From assembly GCA_963782055.1 (NCBI GenBank), contig CAWAIF010000003.1:6759948-6823947 (forward strand): DNA of 64,000 nt, in the 5' to 3' direction. Under the pieces are notes generated by a model that was not told where the DNA came from, ran no database searches, and was given only the letters and a program-made list of their open reading frames with translations. The translations under genes were made by a program, and so were the position numbers. Within the stretch, counting starts at the first letter, position 1; the number at the start of each line of letters is the position of its first letter. The stretch is from an uncultured delta proteobacterium (GTDB lineage: Bacteria; Myxococcota_A; Polyangia; Polyangiales; Polyangiaceae). Positions 36,857 through 48,309 of this stretch are shown here, one piece after another.

Positions 36857-37252
36857 ATGATGGAAGCGATCCGGCGCGTCTACTCGGGGGCGGAGTGGGA
36901 GAAGAAGGTGGGCTACTGCCGCGCCGTCGCCATCGGCCCGAACGTGTGGGTCGGCGGCACCGCGCCCGTCGCGCCCGGGGGCGGCACCCACGCGCCCGGT
37001 GACGCCTACGCGCAGGCCCGGCGGTGCTTCGCGATCATCGAGGCGGCGCTGCGCGAGCTGGGCGGGAGCCTCGCCGACGTCGTGCGCACGCGGATGTACG
37101 TGACCGACATCTCCCGCTGGCCGGAGATCGGCCGCGCGCACGCCGAGTGCGTGGGGCAGAACCCGCCGGCCGCGACGATGGTGGAGGTGCGGCGCCTCAT
37201 CGACCCGGACATGATCGTGGAGATCGAGGTCGACGCATATCTCGCGCGCTGA
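36857..37252 (+). CDS. RidA/YjgF-family enamine/imine deaminase
   Basis: 131 aa. ...RTRMYVTD...VEIEV typical C-terminus. Confidence 0.8.
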   Translation: MMEAIRRVYSGAEWEKKVGYCRAVAIGPNVWVGGTAPVAPGGGTHAPGDAYAQARRCFAIIEAALRELGGSLADVVRTRMYVTDISRWPEIGRAHAECVGQNPPAATMVEVRRLIDPDMIVEIEVDAYLAR

Positions 37253-37326
37253 GGCTTTGGGGTAGGCTCCGGTGCCTGGCCCCGCCGGCGTTCGGCGCGG
37301 GCCCTCGCCGACGCGGGAGGTACGCG

Positions 37327-38940
<1,614 letters not shown>

Positions 38941-38961
38941 GCCGCCGCGGCGCCTGAGTCC

Positions 38962-39432
38962 TCAGGCGGCCTCGATGAGCAGGCCGAAGGCAGCCACGCC
39001 CCGCGAGCGCAGCTGGCGACGGAGCGGCTCCTTGCGCGCGGGCGCGCCGAGCAGACCGGAGACCACCGTGGCAGACCACTCGTCCAGCATCTCGGTGCCG
39101 CAGGCGGAGAAGTCGGGCTCCTCGCCGGCGATGGCGGAGCGCCACGCCTGCGCGGTGCGCACCAGCCCTCCGTCGCGGACCGCCTGACCGGCGTCGCCCC
39201 GCGCGAGCAGGCGCGCGGTGACGAGCGCGTCGACCGTGGCGTCGTCCAGATCGCGCACGTCCAGGCGCTCGAGGCCGAGCATGCCGGGCAGCGCCTCGAC
39301 CAGGTCGGCGCGCGCGCCGGCGGTGAGGGCGACGTCGCGGAGGGTCTGGAGGTAGACGGCGAAGAAGTCCGGCGCGGGCGGCGCCGGCTCGGAGGACACC
39401 TCCGGCATCGGCGGCGCGGCGGCGGAGGCCAT
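38962..39432 (-). CDS. Hypothetical acidic/Pro-rich protein (start uncertain; may extend to about 39770)
   Basis: Open frame with a plausible C-terminal domain. Contains a G7/C7 homopolymer at 39427-39433. Confidence 0.35.
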   Translation of the reverse strand: MASAAAPPMPEVSSEPAPPAPDFFAVYLQTLRDVALTAGARADLVEALPGMLGLERLDVRDLDDATVDALVTARLLARGDAGQAVRDGGLVRTAQAWRSAIAGEEPDFSACGTEMLDEWSATVVSGLLGAPARKEPLRRQLRSRGVAAFGLLIEAA

Positions 39433-39928
39433 CGGCGGGGGGATGACCGACTCCAGCGTCGCGTGGGCGAAGTCGTCGTCGGAGAAGTCGTCGATGACCA
39501 CGTCCACCGTGTCGTCCTCGATGGGCTCCGCTCCGGCGAGGTCCAGCGCCTGGACGACCTGCACCTCCGGGACCTGCACCTCCGGGGCCTGGAGGGCCGT
39601 GTCCTCCGCGGCGTCGACGGACGCCACCTCCACGACCGGACTCGGCGCTGGCGCCAGCAGGTCGAAGCTCGCCGGCGGCGGACGAACCCGCCAGATCTCC
39701 GGGTTGTCGCAGGGGAATTCGGCCGAGAAGAACTCGTCTATCGGAGGGCTGAGGACACTGCGCACGAGCGATCTCCTTCTCGTCCGGCTTACGCCACCGG
39801 ACAAGGAGGGCCAACAAAGGCGCACCTGGGATCGCGGAGCGGGGGCGCTTCGGATGCGGCGCGCCACGCGGGGATTCATCCCGCGCTCGAGCTGAATACG
39901 GCCGTGGTGGCGCGCATCGCCTGAGTCC

Positions 39929-40546
39929 ATGACCCAACGGCACCGCGCGCGTGCGCGCCACTTCCTCGCCTCGCTTCTTCTCCTCTGCCTCTCCCTCCTG
40001 ACCACCGCCGCCTTCGCCGACGATCGCCCCCACCACCGGCCGCTCGCGTGGGGCCCCACCCACCCGGTCGCCATCGGGGGGCGCACGCTCGTGCGGGGCG
40101 GCGACGGCTACGTCCAGGCCGGCCTCGGCGGCATGGTGCGACTGCGACCCTTCGACCTGGTGCGCGTCGAGCTCTACTTCGACAACTACTTCGGCCAGAA
40201 CGGTGACGCCATCCGCCACGATCACGAGGTCGGCACCTCGCTGCAGCTCGCGCTCATCCACACGCCGCGCTTCACCGCGTACCCGCTCGTCGGCGCCTGC
40301 GCGATGCTCGCCATGCTGGAGCCCGGGCAAGGCAACCCCGGCGTGAGCGACGTGCGCTTCGGCGTCCACGCGGGCATCGGCGCCGAGCTGGCGCTGGGCG
40401 AGGGCTTCGCCCTGCTCGCGCAGGTGGAGACGGTGGGCTACGTGGGCCACCCGATGACCGCCTACTCGTGGACCGCGCGCGTGGAGCGCAACATGGCGAT
40501 CTACGGCGTGGGCGAGGGCCTGGTCGCGCTCAACTACTGGTTCTGA
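39929..40546 (+). CDS. Small outer-membrane beta-barrel protein (C-terminal ...LNYWF)
   Basis: Signal peptide ...TTAAFA. Terminal Phe. Amphipathic beta pattern. Confidence 0.6.
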   Translation: MTQRHRARARHFLASLLLLCLSLLTTAAFADDRPHHRPLAWGPTHPVAIGGRTLVRGGDGYVQAGLGGMVRLRPFDLVRVELYFDNYFGQNGDAIRHDHEVGTSLQLALIHTPRFTAYPLVGACAMLAMLEPGQGNPGVSDVRFGVHAGIGAELALGEGFALLAQVETVGYVGHPMTAYSWTARVERNMAIYGVGEGLVALNYWF

Positions 40547-41685
40547 TGCGCCTGCCACGCGGTGCCGCGCTCGTCGCGGCGATGGCGGTGGGCGTCGTCC
40601 GGGCGAGCGTCGCGCCGGCGGGTGCGGCGCTCGGCTGCTCGGCGAGCGCGGTGGACGCCGAGCCCACCGACGCGAGCTGCGGCGGGTGTCACGCGGACAT
40701 CGCCGCGCGCTTCGCCACCTCCGCGCACGCCCGGGCGAGCGACTCGCCGGTCTTCGTCGCGCTGCGCGCCCGCGCCACGCCGGAGCAGCAGACGTTCTGC
40801 GACCGCTGCCACGCGCCGCACCAGGCGGAGGGCGAGCGCGGGGTGGGGTGCGTGACGTGCCACCGCGCGGTGGGCAACGAGGACACCCAGAACGGCCTGC
40901 TCATCGACGGGGCGAGCGACACCATGGGCGGGCCGTACGCCGACGCCGATCCCGGCGCCGCCCACCGCGCCGCCGCGCGCCCCTTCGTGAGCGCCTCCGA
41001 GCTGTGCGGCACCTGCCACGAGGTCAGCGGGCCCGGCGCCTTCCACGAGACGCCCTTCTCCGAGTGGAGCGCGTCGCCCGCGAAGGCCACCGGCACCACC
41101 TGCGCCGGGTGCCACATGAGCACGGTGCCCGGCAATCCGTCGGCGCCTCCCCTGCGCGAGGCGCTGGTCCCCGGCGGCAAGGCGCGCGAGGTGCGCGATC
41201 ACGCCTTCGCCGGGCCCGAGGATGGCCTGCTCGCCGGCGCCGCCACGGTCACGGTGACGGTCGCCGATCACGCGGCGGATCACGAAGACGTGAGCGTCCA
41301 CGTGGTGAGCCGTCTGCTCGGTCACGCGCTGCCCACCGGCGCGCGCTTCCTCCGCGACGTGCACGTGAGCGTGACGGCGACCGACGAGCTCGGGGGCGAG
41401 CACGCGCTGGAGCCGGAGTCGCTCTCCGACGCGATGACCGACGCGAAGGGCGCGCCCACCTTCGACCCTCTGGCCGCGGCGTCGCAGACGGTGCGGGCGA
41501 TCCCCGCGGGCGGCACCCTGGACTTCACGCGGCAGGTGCCGGCGGCGTTCGGCGGCGCGCGCGTCGTGTCGGTGACGGCGCGCCTGGTGTGGCGTCGCTA
41601 CGATCCCGCGGTGCTCGCGGCGCTGGGGCTGGACACCTCCCTCGGCGAGGAGGTCCCCGTCTCGGAGGGCCGCGCCGACCTTTGA
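40546..41685 (+). CDS. Multihaem c-type cytochrome (five CxxCH motifs)
   Basis: CGGCH, CDRCH, CVTCH, CGTCH, CAGCH. Signal peptide. ATG overlaps the upstream TGA (TGATG). Confidence 0.75.
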   Translation: MRLPRGAALVAAMAVGVVRASVAPAGAALGCSASAVDAEPTDASCGGCHADIAARFATSAHARASDSPVFVALRARATPEQQTFCDRCHAPHQAEGERGVGCVTCHRAVGNEDTQNGLLIDGASDTMGGPYADADPGAAHRAAARPFVSASELCGTCHEVSGPGAFHETPFSEWSASPAKATGTTCAGCHMSTVPGNPSAPPLREALVPGGKAREVRDHAFAGPEDGLLAGAATVTVTVADHAADHEDVSVHVVSRLLGHALPTGARFLRDVHVSVTATDELGGEHALEPESLSDAMTDAKGAPTFDPLAAASQTVRAIPAGGTLDFTRQVPAAFGGARVVSVTARLVWRRYDPAVLAALGLDTSLGEEVPVSEGRADL

Positions 41686-41700
41686 CCCGTCAACGAACGA

Positions 41701-43281
41701 TCACTTCGGCATGTCGCACGCGAGGCCCGTCTCGAAGACCGCGGGGGCGAGGCCGCGGTCGTCGCGGAAGATGACGAGCACCGTGCCGTCCGGCGCGAAC
41801 GCCGCGCGCGGGGCGATGCTGTCTCCCGGGGCCGCGGTCACCCGCGCCGGCGGCCCCAGCGAGGTGAGGTCCGCCCAGAGCGTGCGCGTGTAAAGCTCGT
41901 AGCCCTGGTTGTTGTCCCTGTCGTCGGCGTAGACGAAGAGCACCCTGTCGCCCAGGGGGATGAGCGCGGAGTCGCGCGACTCGCCGGGGCTCACCGCGAT
42001 GTCCGTCGGCGGCACGATGATGGAGCCGTCACCGCCGACGACGGTGCCGTACACGGTCCGCTTGCCCGCGCGCGGGTCGAAGAAGCTGACGACGTAGCTG
42101 GTGCGGTTGAAGACGATGTCCGGCCCCGCCCCCTGCAGTCCGCCGGACGTCAGGATGGTGGGCTCGGCCTTCGGCGAGAGGGTGAAGTCGAGCGGCTGGA
42201 ACAGCACGCCGTGGGTCGTCGCGTCGCCACGCACCCAGGTCAGGCCCAGCTCCTTGCGGCCCGCCGCGAGCGCCGGACCCTGCTCGTTCGACTTGCCGGG
42301 GGTGAGCTTCACGATGTCGCCGATCAACCGCCCGTCGAGTGCGATGCGCTGGCCCTCGATGGTGAAGGTGCCGCCGCCCACCTCCTCCTGCCACACCAGG
42401 TCGAACTCGCTGCCGGTCCACACCAGGCTCGGGTAGATGGAGAAGCCCGAGGAGACGGTGATGCGCTCGTCGCCGGGCGCCATCTTGGCGCCGGAGGGAT
42501 CGAGCAGGGCGAAGTAGATCTCGAAGTTGCCGTCGCGGCGATCGCCCCACGCGATGCCGTAGCGGTCGCCCGTCCACGCGACCGCGGTGCCGCTCCCCGC
42601 GGCGACGGTTCCGGTCAGGACGGTGGAGGCGTTGGTCGGCTTGCCGAGCGCGTCGAGCGGCAAGAGATACGGCAGGAGCTGATCGCCCTGCGAGGCGTCG
42701 TACGTCGCCAGCAAGCGCACGTTGCCGGTGCCGCCGCGCACGAGGCTGTCCGGCTCCGCCCAGTCGAACCCCGGCGCGGAGAGCTGCGTCTCGGCGCCGG
42801 GGCTGGGGGTGTAGCGCGCGCCGTTGTCGACGATGCCGTCGCAGTCGTTGTCGATCCCGTCGCACACCTCCTTGTTGCCGGGGAAGGCGCGCGGGTCGGT
42901 GTCGTCGCAGTCGTCACCGCAGGAGCCGGGCGCGCCGGGGTCGAAGCCGGCCTTCGGCGCGTGGTGCCCGTCGCCGTCGAGGTCCAGCGTCTGCCCGGTG
43001 AAGATGCAGTTGCCCGTCTTCTTGTCGCAGCTGTCGTCGGTGCAAGGGTCGCTGTCGTCGCACGTCTTGTGCGCCACCTCGACGCACTGGCGGTCGACGC
43101 ACTTCACCGTCTTGCAGAGATCGTCGTGGCGGCAGTCGGAGTCGCGCACGCAGACCACGAGGCCGGTGCGCGATCCGCAGCCTCCGTCCATGCACGCGAG
43201 GACGATCGCCGCGACGGCGGCGGCGCCGCCCAGCGCGCCCCGTCCTGTTCGCCCTAGCCTCGCCGCGCCGCTCACAGACAT
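41701..43281 (-). CDS. Lipoprotein with myxobacterial 'putative metal-binding motif' Cys repeats (CDGIDNDCDGxVD)
   Basis: Signal and lipobox, repeated C-x-D-x-D-C modules, then a beta-rich domain. The ORF-track N-terminal extension to 43713 is rejected. Confidence 0.65.
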   Translation of the reverse strand: MSVSGAARLGRTGRGALGGAAAVAAIVLACMDGGCGSRTGLVVCVRDSDCRHDDLCKTVKCVDRQCVEVAHKTCDDSDPCTDDSCDKKTGNCIFTGQTLDLDGDGHHAPKAGFDPGAPGSCGDDCDDTDPRAFPGNKEVCDGIDNDCDGIVDNGARYTPSPGAETQLSAPGFDWAEPDSLVRGGTGNVRLLATYDASQGDQLLPYLLPLDALGKPTNASTVLTGTVAAGSGTAVAWTGDRYGIAWGDRRDGNFEIYFALLDPSGAKMAPGDERITVSSGFSIYPSLVWTGSEFDLVWQEEVGGGTFTIEGQRIALDGRLIGDIVKLTPGKSNEQGPALAAGRKELGLTWVRGDATTHGVLFQPLDFTLSPKAEPTILTSGGLQGAGPDIVFNRTSYVVSFFDPRAGKRTVYGTVVGGDGSIIVPPTDIAVSPGESRDSALIPLGDRVLFVYADDRDNNQGYELYTRTLWADLTSLGPPARVTAAPGDSIAPRAAFAPDGTVLVIFRDDRGLAPAVFETGLACDMPK

Positions 43282-43757
43282 GCCGAGTAGCCGGGGACGT
43301 CGATCGGCTCGCAGACGAAGCCCTGCGAACACGCGTGCTTGCCCAGCTCGCAGAGGCGCGCGCACTGCGTGTCCGCGCCGGTGATGAGGCACACGAAGCC
43401 GCTCGCGCACGAGCCCTTGTTGCCGCAGTCGGCCCCCTGCGTGCCCGAGCCCTCCGGAAGACAGAAGGACCCGTAGACCTCCGACTGGCACTTCTGGTCC
43501 GGCGGCAGCACCGCCGGGTAGCAGCCCTCGCCCGGACCGCAGCCGTTGCCGGTGAAGACATCGCACTCGTTGAGCTGGGGTGGCGCCGACGCGTCGGGGC
43601 ACCGCGGATCCACGTACCCGTTGCCGCCATCCGACCGGACGCTGCCGTCCCGGCCGTACGTCCCGCCATCGGTGTCCACGCTGGTGTCGTCGCCGGTGAC
43701 CTTGCCCCCGCATGCCGCGAGCGGGAGCGCCACCACCAGGAGAGAAGCAAGCCTCAT
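43272..43757 (-). CDS. Cys-rich lipoprotein
   Basis: MRLASLLVVALPLAACGG. 14 Cys. Stop lies 7 nt from the downstream gene start. Confidence 0.55.
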   Translation of the reverse strand: MRLASLLVVALPLAACGGKVTGDDTSVDTDGGTYGRDGSVRSDGGNGYVDPRCPDASAPPQLNECDVFTGNGCGPGEGCYPAVLPPDQKCQSEVYGSFCLPEGSGTQGADCGNKGSCASGFVCLITGADTQCARLCELGKHACSQGFVCEPIDVPGYSACL

Positions 43758-44037
43758 CGTTTCCTCACGTCCCGGAACCGCGGGCCAAGGTTGCCACGCC
43801 GCAGCGCGGCGTGCACCCATCGCGTGGGGGCTGGCGTCGCGGTGACGCCGGCGGCCCCCCGGACGTTGGCCCGCGCCGCCGGATGTCCGCCTGCTTGCGA
43901 TCCACCGACCGGGCTTGACAGCGGCGTGACCCGTCCTATGCTTCTGGTCGTCCGCAGGCGAAGACGCGTCGTTTTCACCGCGGATTTCTTTTCCACAAGC
44001 AGTGACCAAAGAACCAATACGGTCATCTGGAGACACC

Positions 44038-44793
44038 ATGAGAATCCAGGAGCGACTCGCCGAGCGGTTCGTGGGGCAGCTCATCGCCAGCCCCGCAGGC
44101 CGGGCCCACATGCTCAATCAGATCGCCGAGGCCGAGGGCACCGACGAGGGCGCCCTGTTCGAGCGGCTCGAGGCCAAAGCGGACGACGCGAAGCTCGCCC
44201 ACATGATCCGCCGCCACCAGGAGGACGAGCAGCGGCACGCCCGGCTGTTCCACGAGTGCCTGGAGCGGACCGGGGTGTCGATGCCCCCCGTCCCCGACCA
44301 CCTGAAGCTGCTCGGCCGCATCGACCAGGCGCTCGGCCGCGATCCGAAGACGCCCCCGCGCATCGAGACGCGCGAGGACGTGATGCGGACATACCTGGTG
44401 CTGCAGGTCATCGAGGAGCGCGCCACGGTGCAGTTCGCCCTCTTCGGGCCGCTCTTCCGGCGCATCGATCCCGAGACCTCCCGCGTCTTCGAGGAGGTCG
44501 CGCGCGACGAGGCGCGTCACCTGCGCTACTGCCACGCCATCTCCAGGCGCTACGCCCCCGACGAGGCGACGCGTCTGCGCGAGCTCGCCCGCCTGCGCGA
44601 GATCGAGGCGCGCTGCTTCGCCGACAACAGCCGGGCCAACGTGGAGTGGATCTTCGCCCACGGCTACGTCCGCCTCTCGCCCGCGGAGCGGCTCTTCTGG
44701 CGATCGGTCGGCGCGCTGAACGCGCGGCTCGGTCGCGGGCAGCCCACCGGCTACGAGCGCGCACCCGAAGGCGCCGTGGCGCTCGCGGCCTGA
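44038..44793 (+). CDS. Ferritin-like di-iron protein
   Basis: Two E-x-x-H motifs (EDEQRHARLF, ARDEARHLRY) in helical context. Confidence 0.6.
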   Translation: MRIQERLAERFVGQLIASPAGRAHMLNQIAEAEGTDEGALFERLEAKADDAKLAHMIRRHQEDEQRHARLFHECLERTGVSMPPVPDHLKLLGRIDQALGRDPKTPPRIETREDVMRTYLVLQVIEERATVQFALFGPLFRRIDPETSRVFEEVARDEARHLRYCHAISRRYAPDEATRLRELARLREIEARCFADNSRANVEWIFAHGYVRLSPAERLFWRSVGALNARLGRGQPTGYERAPEGAVALAA

Positions 44794-45147
44794 TCCGCGT
44801 CGAGCCGGCGGCGCGGAGAAAAGTGGCGCGGGGGCTCCCGCTCGTGGTAGACGCGCGCCGTCATGTTCCAGTTCTCGCAGCCCAAGCGGCAGCCGAAGGT
44901 GTGGGGCCGCGACATCGCGACCCGCAAGCCGCGCTCGGTGTGGGACCGCATGCTCGGCAAGAAGGACGACGACGACGACGACATGCCCGGGCCGAACGCG
45001 GGGGCCACGCTGTTCCCGCTGTTCACGCCCCGCGGCCCCGCCGCCGCCTGACCGGCCTCCCGCGCGGCCAGCCCACCGATCGCCGCCGTCTCCGGGCCAG
45101 CCCACGACTCTTGTCGCCTCGCGCCGGGTGTGCCAAGAGGCTCGCCC

Positions 45148-45639
45148 ATGCGACGACTGACCATCAGCGGCTACGCCTGCACCGAGACCCTCCGCCTCCT
45201 CATCGCCATGGCGTGGGCCGACGGCCGCCTGGACGACAGCGAGAAGGCCGGCGTGCGCGGCGCCGCCGAGGTGCTGAACTTGAGCAAGGAGTTCCGCGAC
45301 AAGCTGGACGAGGCGCTCGCCGCCCCCATCCCGGTCGAGCAGATCCTCCTGGAGGACCTCAGCCCGCGCGACAAGGCGTTCGCCTTCGTGGCCGCCGCGT
45401 GGCTCAGCGGCGTGGATCAGGACGTGGACGACAAGGAGAAGGCCCTGCTGGAGAAGCTGGCGCTGCAGGTGGGCCTCGCGGCCGAGCAGCGCACCGAGCT
45501 CGAGGCGATCGCCCGCGATCTGCAGGCCCCCCCGGGCGATGGCCGCAAGTGGGGCGACGAGGTGGTCGGCCTCTTCAAGGCGATCCCCGCGCGCCTGGAG
45601 AAGGCGGCCCCCGGCGACATCGAGGTCACCTTCGAGTGA
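45148..45639 (+). CDS. TerB-like (tellurite-resistance TerB / DjlA N-domain fold) protein
   Basis: ...LLIAMAWADGRLDDSEKAGV...LSPRDKAFAFVAAAWLSGVDQDVDDKEKALLEKLA two TerB-type repeats. Confidence 0.6.
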   Translation: MRRLTISGYACTETLRLLIAMAWADGRLDDSEKAGVRGAAEVLNLSKEFRDKLDEALAAPIPVEQILLEDLSPRDKAFAFVAAAWLSGVDQDVDDKEKALLEKLALQVGLAAEQRTELEAIARDLQAPPGDGRKWGDEVVGLFKAIPARLEKAAPGDIEVTFE

Positions 45640-45727
45640 CCAGGGCGTCCCACGCCCACGCCGCCAGCCGAAGGAAGGTCGCGCGCGGAGGGAAGGCCGC
45701 GGCCACCCGCGGTGTACAGTCGGGGGG

Positions 45728-47377
45728 ATGAACGAGCCGGACGACCGAACCATCCTCCACGTGAAGAGGAGGAGCGAGCCGCCGGAGCCCACCCGGGCGT
45801 CCGCCGAGCCCATTCACGGGATCGAGGACGTCGAGGGCCTCGCCGCGGAGTTCCGCAGGCCGGCGCCCGAGCGGCTGGACGTGGAGGGGGTGCTCGCCTC
45901 CGGCGGGATGGGGGCGGTGCACGTGGTGGTGGACCGCGCCATCGGCCGCCGCATGGCGATGAAGACGATGCACGCGATGCTGCGCGACGACACGCGCATG
46001 CTCCGCATGTTCCTGCGCGAGGCGCGGACGAACGGGCAGCTCGACCACCCGAACATCGTCCCCGTCTACGACGTCGGGCAACGCGAGGACGGCGGGCTGT
46101 ACTTCACCATGAAGCTGGTGGAGGGGCGGACGCTCAAGGACCTCATCAAGGCGCTGCCCGAGGGCGCCATCGACCCGCACGTGCTCTTCAACCTGCTCGA
46201 CGTGGTGGTGAAGGTGTGCGACGCGCTCGCCTTCGCCCACAGCCGCGGCGTCGTGCACTGCGACATCAAGCCGGCCAACGTCATGGTCGGCGACTTCGGC
46301 GAGGTGTACCTGATGGACTGGGGCATCGCGCGGCTCCAGGGCTCCGGCGCCGATCGCGCTTCCATGCCCGACGCCGGCGAGGCCGCGCAGGCGCCCGCGC
46401 CCGGAGAGTCGGGCCACACCGGCGACGCGGTGCTGGGCACCGCCGCGTACATGTCGCCGGAGCAGGCGGAGGGCAGCCGCTTCATGCTGGACGCGCGGTC
46501 GGACGTGTTCTCGGTGGGCGCGCTGCTCTACGAGATCCTGGTGCGCCGCCCGCCTTACCGCGCGGAGAGTCACGAGGAGACGCTCGCCCTCGCGCGCACC
46601 GCCGGCTACGTGCGGCCGAGCGAGGCCGCCGGCGAGGCGCGCGTGCCGCCGGAGGTGGAGCGCATCGTGCTCAAGGCGATGGCGCGGCACCGCAGCGATC
46701 GCTACGCCGACACCGACGCCCTCAAGGCCGACCTGCTCCGCTACATGCGCGGCGGCGCGGAGTTCCCGCAGACGAGCTTCCCGCGCGGCGCGGTGATGGT
46801 GCGCGAGGGCGACCCGGGCAACTCGGCGTACATCATCGTCTCCGGGCGCGCCGAGGTCCGCAAGAAGATGGGCGGCGTGGACCAGGTCCTCAAGACGCTA
46901 GGCGCCGGCGAGGTGTTCGGCGAGATGGCGGTGCTCACCGAGAGCCCGCGCACCGCCACGGTGGTCGCGGTGGAGGACACGACGGTGCTGGTGGTGACCA
47001 GCGCGGTGCTCGGGCAGGAGCTCGACCTGCTCAAGCCGTGGATGGCCCGGCTGATGCACACCCTCGCCGAGCGCTTCCGCGATCTGTACACGACCAAGCG
47101 CGTCACGCTGAGCGGCGGCCCGAGCGCGCCGCGCCTCGCCAACCAGCTCCTGATGCACCTGCAGGTGTGGGGCAACAAGGGCGAGGACGGCACGACACGC
47201 GGGCGGTGGTCGGAGATGGCGCGCGAGGTGGAGGCGCAGATGGGCGCGGCGCCGCACACCGTGCACATGGTCGTCGCGCGCTACCCGGGGATCGAGCTGG
47301 ACCTGGAGCACGACGAGCTGATCCTGCGCGACGCCGGCGCGTTCGCCGAGCGCGTGCGCGCGGACCTGGGTGCGTGA
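45728..47377 (+). CDS. Ser/Thr protein kinase fused to a C-terminal cyclic-nucleotide-binding domain
   Basis: VAIK-like AMKTM, HRDLKPxN variant VHCDIKPANVM, DFG, ...YMSPEQ. C-terminal FGEMAVL...RTATVVAV cNMP-binding signature. Confidence 0.85.
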   Translation: MNEPDDRTILHVKRRSEPPEPTRASAEPIHGIEDVEGLAAEFRRPAPERLDVEGVLASGGMGAVHVVVDRAIGRRMAMKTMHAMLRDDTRMLRMFLREARTNGQLDHPNIVPVYDVGQREDGGLYFTMKLVEGRTLKDLIKALPEGAIDPHVLFNLLDVVVKVCDALAFAHSRGVVHCDIKPANVMVGDFGEVYLMDWGIARLQGSGADRASMPDAGEAAQAPAPGESGHTGDAVLGTAAYMSPEQAEGSRFMLDARSDVFSVGALLYEILVRRPPYRAESHEETLALARTAGYVRPSEAAGEARVPPEVERIVLKAMARHRSDRYADTDALKADLLRYMRGGAEFPQTSFPRGAVMVREGDPGNSAYIIVSGRAEVRKKMGGVDQVLKTLGAGEVFGEMAVLTESPRTATVVAVEDTTVLVVTSAVLGQELDLLKPWMARLMHTLAERFRDLYTTKRVTLSGGPSAPRLANQLLMHLQVWGNKGEDGTTRGRWSEMAREVEAQMGAAPHTVHMVVARYPGIELDLEHDELILRDAGAFAERVRADLGA

Positions 47378-47403
47378 TCGAACCGTTCGCCCGGTGAGCC
47401 TCC

Positions 47404-48120
47404 TCAGCGACGCGTGCCGGTGACCAGCAGCGCGCGGCGGTAAGGCTCGGGGAAGACACCTCGCTCCATCTCCACGTCGAAGCCGTGCGCATCGAGCAGC
47501 GCACGCACGCCCGGCCAGGTGAAGGTGAGGTAGTACATGACGAACTGCGGCTTCCAGAGGGCGTTGCGCACGTGCATCACCGCGTTGAAGCCGCGCGCCG
47601 CCCACCACGCGGCGGTGGTCGGCGGCGGCACCTCGGTGGTGACGAAGACGAAGCGGCCGCCGGGCACCAGCGCGCGGCGCACCGACTCGACGAAGCGCGG
47701 CTCGTCGCGGGGAAGGATGTGGCCGAAGGCGCCGACGCAGGTGACCACGTCGAACTCGGCGTCGAAGGGCATGTCCAGGACGTCGCCCTGCACCAGCTCC
47801 ACCTTCGCGTCGCCCGGCGCGTTCTGCATGTGCAACCGGGCCTGCTCCAGCATGCCGGGGCTGCCGTCGATGCCCACCACGCGGTCGCGACAGAGCGAGC
47901 GCAGGTGCCACATCGCGGCGCCGGTGCCGCAGCACGCGTCGAGGGCCGCGCCGAGCGAGCCGGGCCGGCCCACCCTCCGCGCCATCGCCTCCAGGATCGC
48001 GTCGGGCGTGCGGAAGGGGGTGTGATCGAACTTGGGGGCGAGCAGATCGTAGCCGCGCTCGGTCGACGAAAGCGCCTGCCGGGCCAGCTCCAGGAGGGTG
48101 GGTCCTTCGGGGTGAAACAT
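47404..48120 (-). CDS. Class I SAM-dependent methyltransferase
   Basis: Motif I LDACCGTGA, ...DVVTCVGAFGHI... The ORF-track start at 48288 is probably a leader. Confidence 0.7.
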   Translation of the reverse strand: MFHPEGPTLLELARQALSSTERGYDLLAPKFDHTPFRTPDAILEAMARRVGRPGSLGAALDACCGTGAAMWHLRSLCRDRVVGIDGSPGMLEQARLHMQNAPGDAKVELVQGDVLDMPFDAEFDVVTCVGAFGHILPRDEPRFVESVRRALVPGGRFVFVTTEVPPPTTAAWWAARGFNAVMHVRNALWKPQFVMYYLTFTWPGVRALLDAHGFDVEMERGVFPEPYRRALLVTGTRR

Positions 48121-48309
48121 TTGCGTTTCCGGTGGCGGTCCCCCTCCAGACTCCCCAATCTGCGCGGGCAACCGGCAGATCATTAGCATGCTCATCGACC
48201 ACCGGGCGCGGCGGGTGGGGGTGGGGGCGGGTGACGATGCGGCGACAACTTGCGAGGCGCGGCCGTCGAGGGGTGACAGCAGAGGCAAATTGGGTTAGGG
48301 CGCTCCTAC

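Noticed and set aside
41701-43713. N-terminal 144-aa extension of the metal-binding-motif lipoprotein
   Set aside because: Arg/His-rich with no signal peptide. A proper lipoprotein signal begins at the internal Met (43281).
44950-44970. (GAC)6 and (GAC)5 trinucleotide repeats (44950-44970; 56040-56054)
   Set aside because: Length changes keep the reading frame (poly-Asp). Not a frameshift-type phase switch. The 62-aa ORF 44863-45051 containing the first lacks an SD and any motif.
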